From NCBI GenBank assembly GCA_963737905.1, contig CAVTUQ010000034.1:107879-171878 (forward strand): DNA of 64,000 nt, written 5' to 3'. The notes under the pieces are model-generated. The model made no database searches and was not told the origin of the DNA. It worked only from the letters and a program-made list of their open reading frames with translations. The DNA is from an uncultured delta proteobacterium (lineage in GTDB: Bacteria > Desulfobacterota > Binatia > UBA9968). This document shows, piece after piece, positions 11,630 to 19,550 of the stretch. The position numbers and the translations under genes were made by a program. Position 1 is the stretch's first letter, and the number at the start of each line of letters is the position of its first letter.

Positions 11630-12420
11630 ATCCAGCCTCGCCGATCATCGATCTGTCCATCTGGCAACTGGCGCTGGCGCTGCTACTCGTAGCGGCGATA
11701 GTCCTGGTGTCGATTCGCCAGTCGCTTGGACTCGAGCGCGATCTGGTGGTCGGCACTGTTCGCGCCATTGTTCAGCTCTATTTAGTTGGGCTTATCCTTG
11801 CCGCGGTGTTCGCCGCGGCACGTTGGTATTGGGTTTTGTTGATTCTCGGCGCGATGACCGCGGTTGCCACGCATGCGGCAGTGTCTCGTCTTGGCAAGCC
11901 ACTGCCGAACGGAGGGTGGATTGCCGCGATTGCGCTGACCGTCTCGACCAGCGCCACCCTCGCGTATGTGATCGGCGTTGTCGTGCAGGTGCGTCCCTGG
12001 TACGAACCTCAATACATCATACCGATCGCCGGCATGATCCTCGGCAACTCGATGACGAGCGCCGCGCTTGCTGGCGACCGTCTGCAGAGCGACCTTCGGG
12101 CCCGCGCGGATGAAATCGAGGCGAGGCTCGCGCTCGGCTTCTCCGGACGCGAGGCTGTGCAGCCGATGATACGGGCATCTCTACGGGCGGCGATGATCCC
12201 AACCGTGAATGGGATGATGACCATCGGTCTGGTGCAACTACCCGGCATGATGACGGGTCAGATCCTTGCTGGCTCGTCGCCGCTGGTCGCGATCCGCTAT
12301 CAAATGGTCGTCGTCTTCATGCAGGGCGCGGCGACGGCGCTTGGCTCGTTGATCTTTGTGCGGTTGGCTGCCGGGCGCTATCTAACTCCGGCTCACCAAC
12401 TCCAGCGTTATCTGCTTTAG
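11626..12420 (+). CDS. fetB: UPF0014 ABC permease (FetB/YbbM/STAR2-like, iron export)
   Basis: RAIVQL, PWYEPQYIIPIAGMILGNSM, GLVQLPGMMTGQILAG, AIRYQ. Confidence 0.88.
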   Translation: MNPASPIIDLSIWQLALALLLVAAIVLVSIRQSLGLERDLVVGTVRAIVQLYLVGLILAAVFAAARWYWVLLILGAMTAVATHAAVSRLGKPLPNGGWIAAIALTVSTSATLAYVIGVVVQVRPWYEPQYIIPIAGMILGNSMTSAALAGDRLQSDLRARADEIEARLALGFSGREAVQPMIRASLRAAMIPTVNGMMTIGLVQLPGMMTGQILAGSSPLVAIRYQMVVVFMQGAATALGSLIFVRLAAGRYLTPAHQLQRYLL

Positions 12421-12548
12421 CTAAAGAGCTAACCGGTCGTTTCGAGAGGACGGGCTCGCGCGAGTGCTCGATCACCCGCGCCGCACGAGCGGTCACAACC
12501 ACTAGGCAGGAAAAGGGGCTTAACTTTGCGCTGACTCCTTCAAAACTA

Positions 12549-12577
12549 CCTTTCAGCAAGATTACTTTTTTAAAGAG
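12549..12577. promoter_or_regulatory. Copy 3 of ~29-bp motif (CCTTTCAGCAAGATTACTTTTTTAAAGAG)
   Basis: Aligns with the other copies; about 60 bp upstream of a TTGACA box. Confidence 0.55.
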
Positions 12578-12639
12578 TTAGAACTGCAATTTTTCAAGTA
12601 TTATTTTAAAATTAGTGACGGCTGACTGACTTTTTTGGC

Positions 12640-12668
12640 TTGACAAATTTAAGTTATGCGAATAATAA
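12640..12668 (+). promoter_or_regulatory. Candidate sigma70 promoter
   Basis: Perfect TTGACA at 12640 followed by AT-rich AATAATAA at 12661; upstream of the cupredoxin operon. Confidence 0.4.
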
Positions 12669-12944
12669 AACTTTTGAAATTAGATGACCCAAAGTTTTTT
12701 ACGCGCGTCGTGAATAATTTGACGGCCAGGCGAGAGATCACGCGTCGGCATTTCTGGTAAGAGAGATCAGTTAAGAGAATATGGAGATCAAGATACAAAT
12801 TGTTCGTTTGGGAGCGAAGTTGTGGTGAAACTATCTCGATCTAAACGGAACAGGAGCTAATTCAAAATGGCGGCCAAGGTCCTAATCCAGAGCCGACGGC
12901 CAAAGCATTGAAGGATTTTAGGCGGTCAGCACTAGGAGTAAAGA

Positions 12945-13278
12945 ATGAAAAATCTCGATTGAATTTTCAGACTAATAGTAAAACACGTCCTGTGCTCCCA
13001 CCGCGCACGAGGCAAAACATTCATTGAGCTACGTTTAGACACTCACCACTTCACACCCAAACTATCACTGTGCCTCCACAATCAATAATTACCTTCAGAC
13101 TACACAAACACAAGTAAGGAACCCATCAAATTCGAAAGTTTAGCTTCAACCGCCAAACTAGTCGTCGGGCCTGGTGAAACGAATCAGAGTAGCTGCCGGC
13201 TTTGCGTCCAGAAGGCCTTACAGCTTCAACAAGCGATTTTCACACCAGGACATACAGGGATCCATCATTGCAAAGTAA
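12945..13278 (+). pseudogene. Degraded or mis-called cupredoxin-domain protein (EfeO/FtrB-like Cupredoxin_1)
   Basis: AGGAG RBS + ATG; out-of-frame fragments HHFTP..TITVP, SKEPIKFES, VVGPGET, LPALRP, YSF, DFH, GSIIAK* in the order expected for this family; absent from the ORF track. Confidence 0.6.
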
Positions 13279-13299
13279 AAACATAAACCTACGGACACG

Positions 13300-13741
13300 G
13301 GATAAAAAGGAATTCTAACCAGAACGCAATCGCAATCTTTGCTGTTGCTGATCGCGCAAGTGGTGTATATCGTAAACAATCCAGCACAATTTATGAAGGG
13401 GATAACCGCAGAAGCACCACAAATCAAAACGTGCTAGCAGATTCTAAACGTCACTACAACAAAATCAAAAAATATACCCATCCATAACTATAGTGACAGG
13501 TTTAGTCAGACACGATGTAAAGCATGGACGCCAAGAACTGAATTTCTCGGAATGGGGATCTTACTATCCCGCGACACGAAGACGAAAGCTTCAATGGATA
13601 AACCGGGCGTTGCGCGAAGAAACCATGCCGCCCTGGAAGTATCGCGTACTGCATCCGGGCACCGGCCTCACGCAGGGAGACCTGATGGTACTGGAACAAT
13701 GGATCGAGGCGGAAATAAAAAACCAGCCGGAAAAACAGTAG
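13300..13741 (+). CDS. Haem_bd-type heme-binding (cytochrome c-like) protein; 5' half corrupted, start approximate
   Basis: Intact C-terminal half LVRHDVKHGRQELNFSEW...ETMPPWKYRVLHP...WIE; the expected CxxCH region upstream is unreadable. Confidence 0.7.
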
Positions 13742-13761
13742 GAGCACTGAAAGGACTCCAA

Positions 13762-14613
13762 ATGAAAAACTATTTCTTTTTTGCGATGCTGTTCTTCTTG
13801 CCATTGGCGGTTTTTATGCTGTGCCCCAATGGCGCCGCTGCGCAGGTGGACCCCTGGGAATTTGAAGTCTATCCGTACCAGACCGTGGGGCGGGGAGTTC
13901 TCGAGATCGAGACGGATAATGCCGTGGTGGCCAATGGACACAGGGAAGCCGGAAGCGGGCTTTCCGGAGGCACTTTTCCAAGCTATGGCATGTGGTTCAA
14001 CCAATATGAGTTTACCTACGGGTTTACCGATCGGATCGAGGCCGCAGGTTACCTGAATTTAGCCAAGCCTAACGCCCACGGTCTCACGTACGCGGGTTCA
14101 AAGTTTCGCCTGCGCGGAAGGCTCTTCGACGAAGAGGTCCTGCCCATTGATCTTGGCTGGTATCTTGAAATCGAATATCGGAAGAACCCGCAGTTCAACG
14201 ACGCAACACTGGAGTTTGAAATGCGTATTCCCATGCAAAAAGATATCGGACCGTTCTCCGTCCTGTTCAATCCGATTTTTGAAAAACCGGTGACGGGGTC
14301 GGAGAAGCACCTCGGGTTCGAGTTCGGCTATTCCGGCGCCGTCTATTATCGTTGGATGCGCGCTCTGTCTCCTGGAGTCGAGTTTTACGGCGGTGTCGGT
14401 AACATCAACAATCCCGAACCCACGAAGGAACAGCAGCACTATATTTTCCCGGTTATCAAAGGCGAGCTGCCGCACGGACTTGAGTATAATTTCGGCGTCG
14501 GCGTCGGCCTCACTCCGGGCTCGGATCGTGTGGTCGTAAAGTTCAATGTGGCGCTGGAAAAATACGTTGGCGCGATCTTTGGTCCTTCATCCAGCAATGA
14601 TTGGTTATGGTAA
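13762..14613 (+). CDS. Putative outer-membrane beta-barrel protein
   Basis: Signal peptide ending AAA-Q; aromatic-rich amphipathic strands (YEFTYGFTD, LEYNFGVGVGL); AAGGA RBS. Confidence 0.7.
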   Translation: MKNYFFFAMLFFLPLAVFMLCPNGAAAQVDPWEFEVYPYQTVGRGVLEIETDNAVVANGHREAGSGLSGGTFPSYGMWFNQYEFTYGFTDRIEAAGYLNLAKPNAHGLTYAGSKFRLRGRLFDEEVLPIDLGWYLEIEYRKNPQFNDATLEFEMRIPMQKDIGPFSVLFNPIFEKPVTGSEKHLGFEFGYSGAVYYRWMRALSPGVEFYGGVGNINNPEPTKEQQHYIFPVIKGELPHGLEYNFGVGVGLTPGSDRVVVKFNVALEKYVGAIFGPSSSNDWLW

Positions 14614-14742
14614 AGGGTGGGTTTGCGAGGACCAGCCGATAAACCTTGGGGGCATGGCGGTTGTTGCAAGCGTTCCCGTGAGGGAGGCCGCATCCGTCAG
14701 GGTTGTGTTTTCACAATAATGGGTGTCAATGAAGTGCGACTT

Positions 14743-15519
14743 TTAATGCCCAAATCTCCGTTCGCGCCGCTGATAGCTCCGTATCGCTCGCAGAAAATCG
14801 ATTTTACGGAACGCTGGCCAGTAGGCGTCACAAAAGTAAAACTCGCTGTAGACGCTTTGCCAGAGCATGAATCCCGATAGGCGCACCTCTCCACTGGTGC
14901 GGATGATCAGATCAGGATCCGGGCAGTCACAGGTATACAGGAATTTGTCCAGCGCCTCTGGGGTAAGTGCTCGGAGGATTTCCTCAGGTGAATCCCGTCG
15001 CGTAAAACGCTCCTGAAGGTAGCGCCGGACCGCGTCGACGATCTCCTGTCGGCCCCCGTAGCCGACGCCAACGTTCACGAGCATTCGATCGTGGTGCTGT
15101 GTTGTTGAATCGATGCCCCGCAGGACCTGGAGGGTTGAGGCTGGAAGAAGCTCCAGCTTCCCGATGGGACGTACTCGAATTCGAAGCTGCTGGACGAAAC
15201 CGCCTTGCATCCATTCGGCCATCTTCTTCTCGATGACCCGGAGAATGGTGGCCACTTCATCGGGCTCGCGAGTCAGGTTTTCAGTCGAGAGCCACCAGAG
15301 GGTGACTACCGGGATGCCGAGCGCAGCGCACCAGGCGAGAACCTCCTCGGTTTTTAGCGACGCCAGAAGGTACCCCTCGGTCGGTTCCGACAGGCCCGCC
15401 TCCCGGGCGTAGCGACGGTTGCCGTCCTGAATCAAACCGACGTGGCGGGGGATGGGCCGCCGCCGCACATCATTGAGGAGTTGCCTCTCATAGACGCGGT
15501 AAAGAAGATTTTTCAGCAC
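14743..15519 (-). CDS. cis-isoprenyl diphosphate synthase (UppS family, resembles the short-chain Rv1086 type)
   Basis: PRHVGLIQDGNRR, STENL, YGGRQEI, IRTSGEVRLSGFMLWQ, RRFG. Confidence 0.92.
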   Translation of the reverse strand: MLKNLLYRVYERQLLNDVRRRPIPRHVGLIQDGNRRYAREAGLSEPTEGYLLASLKTEEVLAWCAALGIPVVTLWWLSTENLTREPDEVATILRVIEKKMAEWMQGGFVQQLRIRVRPIGKLELLPASTLQVLRGIDSTTQHHDRMLVNVGVGYGGRQEIVDAVRRYLQERFTRRDSPEEILRALTPEALDKFLYTCDCPDPDLIIRTSGEVRLSGFMLWQSVYSEFYFCDAYWPAFRKIDFLRAIRSYQRRERRFGH

Positions 15520-15668
15520 GGTTTATTACCAAGTCCTTATCATCTCTTTTCGGACTGGAGCAAATGAGTTCTCAAAAGCCCTAAACATCAGAAGGGACAT
15601 TTAGTTTCATCCAGGATTTTGCAAGTCGCCTCGCAGCTTTGGCGAATATTGTAGCAACCTTACCAACG

Positions 15669-15698
15669 CTTTTCACGAGAATTACATTTTTTAAAAGG
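15669..15698. promoter_or_regulatory. Copy 4 of motif (CTTTTCACGAGAATTACATTTTTTAAAAGG)
   Basis: In the divergent promoter region between the cis-prenyltransferase and the GT9-ICMT fusion. Confidence 0.6.
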
Positions 15699-16073
15699 TC
15701 AACGAGTAGAGGGCACGATCCTGCCGTTTCACTTTGGAGCGCCAATCACACATCAGGGAGGATTTGGTCCAGTGAATAAAATCGCACGTCGGGAGTCATT
15801 AAATGCGAGAATGGCAACAGGAAGAACCCGTTTTGAATCCAGCCGAGGTTTGGGCTCGACAAACAGATGGAATGTGAAGAGAAATATCATCAAATTAAAA
15901 ATGTAAGCTTTAACCTGGGCCCGCTACGACAGGTTTGCTGGGTCGAAATACAATGGCGCAACGATGTCGGCTTGTGGAGTCGATTCGAAAGAGTTAGATC
16001 TAGAATTGACTTGGCGTGCGTGGAGGAAACCCCCACTCTCATAGATGCTACGCGGGTAGTAATGCTATTTTTT

Positions 16074-17885
16074 ATGGCTTTCCCGAAAATCTTCCGTTAT
16101 TCTTTGAACAAGAAAATTCGCGGCATTGTCAAATGGATAATGTTCTTGGATACAACCAAACCGCTGGAAAGGCGGCCCGACTTACATAAGGAGCAGGTTG
16201 AAAGGATTCTGCTTGTACGACCTAGTTCTCGTATGGGACATTTGATCCTTGCGACCCCGGCTATATTCTTGTTCCGCAAAAGCTTTCCCAATGCCAGGAT
16301 TGATTTTGTCGGGTCGCCCACATCTGAGAAACTGTTTCGCAACCTTCCGGTTGACCACCATTTTTGCATTCGCCGTTTTCCACTCTCCTTTTGGGCTTAC
16401 CTTGCCCTTATAAAACGAATAAGATCCGTAGGGTACGACCTTGCCGTCGATCTTAGTTGTTCAGAGTCAAGCACAGCTTCGTTTATCGTGAGATTTTCTG
16501 GGGCACGCTTTCGGGCTGGACTCCAAGGAGAGTGGGACCGTTGGTTGAACGTTCGGGTTCCTAGACCGCCGGAGGAAAACAGATACACAATCCTACCAGC
16601 TTTTCTTAGGTCTCTGGGTGTGGGAGGACTCGAAGAGACTCTTCCAGCTTTGCTTCTTACGTCTGCAGAGAAGGAGGAGGGAAAGAAGAGAATAGAGACA
16701 CTGGTCAGGCAGGATCGGGGCCCTATCGTTGGGGTTTTTGTTGGAGGCAGGAAGTCAAAGGCGAAGAGATGGCCCAGCGAAAATTTCTGTCAACTTATTA
16801 CAGCCCTTCACTTGCAGGGCGTGAATGTTGTCACGTTCTTCGGCCCTGAAGAGAAGAACTTGATTGGAGTCTTCAGCGATGCTTTGGACTCGGGGATTCC
16901 TTTGGTTTTTGAGCCTTCGCTTAGAGATTTCGCCGCCATGGTTTCGAATTTGGATCTTTTCATAACGTGCGACAGCGGTCCTATGCATCTAACCTGCGCT
17001 TTGCGCACGCGCACAGTCGCCATATTCAAAAAACGCGATTTCGACCGCTGGGGTCCTCCTCCCAGTCTGGCAAAGATCGTTCACCAACCGGGCGCCTGTT
17101 CGGTCGAGGAGCTGTTTACAGTTTGTCTTGAGGAACTATTTCTTGATCCCGCTCCGGCTCGGTTTCTCAGGGAGGAAGGGTTTTTAAAATCATCACCCTC
17201 GGTGTTTATTTCAGGGATAAACAAAACGGTTCGAATGCTCGAGCAGTCGATTGCTCTGCAAAGACTCTTTTTTTTTAAGCGGTGTGTTCAGGGTTTATTC
17301 CTTCTCTCGTTCATAATTTGGACATGGTTTTTCCCTCCTTCCGGCATATTTGCCGAAGGAACATGGGCGGATGCATTTACTGATACTGTTGGGATTGGAA
17401 GTCTGATAGCGGGGGGCTTGCTGCGAATATGGGCGCTGAGCCATGGCGGGAGATGCACTCGATCGCGCCGAGCTCAAATTCCAAAGCTCATTACCACAGG
17501 TCCTTACGCTTATATCCGTCACCCTATCCATGTGGGTAACTTGCTCGTCGGACTCGGGATGATTTTCCTTTCGGAGGCGTTTCCCCTCACGCTGCTTTTG
17601 CTGGCTTTTTTTGCTTTGCATCACGTCATTATCATTCCCGCCGAAGAAGAGTTCCTCAAAGAAAAACTGGGCGACGGGTTTGACCTTTATTGTGAGTTGG
17701 TTCCGAAATACATTCCCCGGGCTTTGCCCGGGCGAGGGTTCTCATTCGGGAGGTATTTTCCTCTCAGCGAGCTTGGCCCTGCATTCGGAATTCTCTTAGC
17801 CGGTTTTGTTGTTGAGTGGTTGGAATCCCCGCTGCATCATGCTTGGGTGCTGAGTCTTACCGGCTTGTTAGGTAAGATTTTTTAA
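16074..17885 (+). CDS. Fusion of glycosyltransferase family 9 (heptosyltransferase-like) and ICMT/PEMT-family membrane methyltransferase; start uncertain (16062-16140)
   Basis: GT9: ILLVRPSSRMGH, YDLAVDL, KRWPSENF, CDSGPMH. ICMT: LITTGPYAYIRHPIHVGN, EEEFL...Y...VPKYIP. Single uninterrupted frame. Confidence 0.85.
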   Translation: MAFPKIFRYSLNKKIRGIVKWIMFLDTTKPLERRPDLHKEQVERILLVRPSSRMGHLILATPAIFLFRKSFPNARIDFVGSPTSEKLFRNLPVDHHFCIRRFPLSFWAYLALIKRIRSVGYDLAVDLSCSESSTASFIVRFSGARFRAGLQGEWDRWLNVRVPRPPEENRYTILPAFLRSLGVGGLEETLPALLLTSAEKEEGKKRIETLVRQDRGPIVGVFVGGRKSKAKRWPSENFCQLITALHLQGVNVVTFFGPEEKNLIGVFSDALDSGIPLVFEPSLRDFAAMVSNLDLFITCDSGPMHLTCALRTRTVAIFKKRDFDRWGPPPSLAKIVHQPGACSVEELFTVCLEELFLDPAPARFLREEGFLKSSPSVFISGINKTVRMLEQSIALQRLFFFKRCVQGLFLLSFIIWTWFFPPSGIFAEGTWADAFTDTVGIGSLIAGGLLRIWALSHGGRCTRSRRAQIPKLITTGPYAYIRHPIHVGNLLVGLGMIFLSEAFPLTLLLLAFFALHHVIIIPAEEEFLKEKLGDGFDLYCELVPKYIPRALPGRGFSFGRYFPLSELGPAFGILLAGFVVEWLESPLHHAWVLSLTGLLGKIF

Positions 17886-17950
17886 TCGGTACGGGTTTTT
17901 CCGCGCCGCGCTGCGTAATGCCGATCCCAAGTCTTCTTAAGGTCCGTCAG

Positions 17951-18523
17951 TTAAAGAGCTGGAGATTGGGGGTCAACTTTCCACAAGTAGAGCGTACGCG
18001 GTTCGGTAAGTTCCGAAGACGGATCATCGGCCGGGTTCACAAACTCAATCTTCGTCGGTTTCCAGTCGTCGATATCGAAATCGTGCGCCACGACTCGCGA
18101 GCCCGGCTTTAAGAGCTGCAACTTGGGACGCATTTGATTGTTGAACCACTTAAACATATAAAGCGTCACCACAGTGGCCTGGGAAATATCCACGGTGAGG
18201 CCGTCGGCGGCGCGGAACTCAACCAGATGGCTGACCCCTTCTTCAGCGGCTTTGCGTCTGGCCTGTTCCACCAGTGTCGGGTTCAAATCGACGCCGACCG
18301 CTCGAACACCGAACTTCTTGGCCGCCGCAATGACGATACGCCCATCACCGCTGCCCAAGTCGTAGAGGATGTCTTCCTTTGTAACCTCGGCGAGCTGAAG
18401 CATTCGCTCAACAACCAGCATCGGGGACGGCACGAAGGGAATAGAGTCCTGCGGCCAGGCCTGTGATGGAACGATCGCCACTACCGCCAACACCAACAAA
18501 AGTCCAATCCGGTTTTTCAGCAT
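17951..18523 (-). CDS. Class I SAM-dependent methyltransferase with N-terminal signal peptide
   Basis: PFVPSP, YDLGSGDGRIVI, VVTLY, LKPGSRVVAHDF. Confidence 0.9.
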   Translation of the reverse strand: MLKNRIGLLLVLAVVAIVPSQAWPQDSIPFVPSPMLVVERMLQLAEVTKEDILYDLGSGDGRIVIAAAKKFGVRAVGVDLNPTLVEQARRKAAEEGVSHLVEFRAADGLTVDISQATVVTLYMFKWFNNQMRPKLQLLKPGSRVVAHDFDIDDWKPTKIEFVNPADDPSSELTEPRTLYLWKVDPQSPAL

Positions 18524-18583
18524 TCACCTTACTCCATTTTGATGAGATGTCGGTTTACAGGGATTTTTGCAATCGGCAGAACC

Positions 18584-19282
18584 TCAACCCTTGGTCCTTC
18601 GGCCTTGCCCGAAAAGAATCTTCTTGGCTTCCTGGGTCATCCCAGGAGGCGCCGGGTTAATGGTTTTTGCGATCGCATAGGCCCGTTGCACTGCTTCGCG
18701 CCCCTGGATGGTCTTGAACCAACGCTTGAGGTTCGGAAAGTCATCTAGATTTTGGCCCTGCCGCTCATGAAGGACGATCCAGGGATAGCAAGCCATATCC
18801 GCGATCGAATATTCACCGGCGGCAAACTCGCGATCGGCCAGCCGTTCGTCGAGCACTCCGTAGAGACGCTCGGTTTCTTTGACGTAGCGATTGATCGCAT
18901 AGGTAAGTTTCTCGTCGGAGTAGTTTCTAAAGTGATGATTTTGTCCAAGCATCGGCCCCAACCCGCCCATTTGCCAGAAGAGCCACTGCATGACCTCCGT
19001 GCGGCCGCGCAGATCCGTCGGCAGAAACTTGCCGGTCTTCTCGGCGAGATACTGAAGAATCGCACCGGACTCGAAGACGCTGATCGGTTTGCCGCCGCCG
19101 GCCGGATCGTTGTCTATGATCGCCGGAATGCGGTTGTTGGGAGAAATCGCCAGAAACTCCGGTTGAAACTGTTCTCCTTTACCGATGTTAACCGGTTTGA
19201 TGGAGTAGGGGAGACCGGTCTCTTCCAAGAATATGGTGACCTTGTGGCCGTTAGGCGTCGTCCAATAGTAAACATCGATCAT
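18584..19282 (-). CDS. yfcG: Glutathione S-transferase family disulfide oxidoreductase (YfcG/YghU type)
   Basis: WTTPNG, ISPNNRIPAI, FESGAIL, WQMGGLGPMLGQ. Confidence 0.92.
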   Translation of the reverse strand: MIDVYYWTTPNGHKVTIFLEETGLPYSIKPVNIGKGEQFQPEFLAISPNNRIPAIIDNDPAGGGKPISVFESGAILQYLAEKTGKFLPTDLRGRTEVMQWLFWQMGGLGPMLGQNHHFRNYSDEKLTYAINRYVKETERLYGVLDERLADREFAAGEYSIADMACYPWIVLHERQGQNLDDFPNLKRWFKTIQGREAVQRAYAIAKTINPAPPGMTQEAKKILFGQGRRTKG

Positions 19283-19341
19283 TTTTTTGCTTTTCCCTTC
19301 ATTCAATTAGGTATGAGGCGCAATACTCGTCAAAACAGATT

Positions 19342-19530
19342 AACCGCAAAGAACGCAAAGGTTTACTCGATGGACTCTCTATAACACTAGGCTTAAGAGT
19401 TTTCCCAGCTTGAGCAAATTCTCTGACCGTGGTTCACCATGGATGCAGCACTTGGCCAAAGAAGGCCAGAAGTCGGGCGGGTTTGAAACCCGCTCCTACA
19501 CGTTTTGTGCTCCTTGCGTTCTTTGCGGTT
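19342..19530. repeat. Element bounded by 17-bp perfect inverted repeats, containing a GTAG-type REP-like hairpin
   Basis: AACCGCAAAGAACGCAA at 19342-19358 and its reverse complement at 19514-19530; GTAGGAGCGGGTTTCAAACCCGCCC on the minus strand at 19475-19499. Confidence 0.7.
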
Positions 19531-19550
19531 GATTGTCGTACTCTTGTATC

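Noticed and set aside
12732-12790. Three GAGATCA words in the cupredoxin leader
   Set aside because: Short, irregularly spaced and adjacent to low-quality sequence; could be chance
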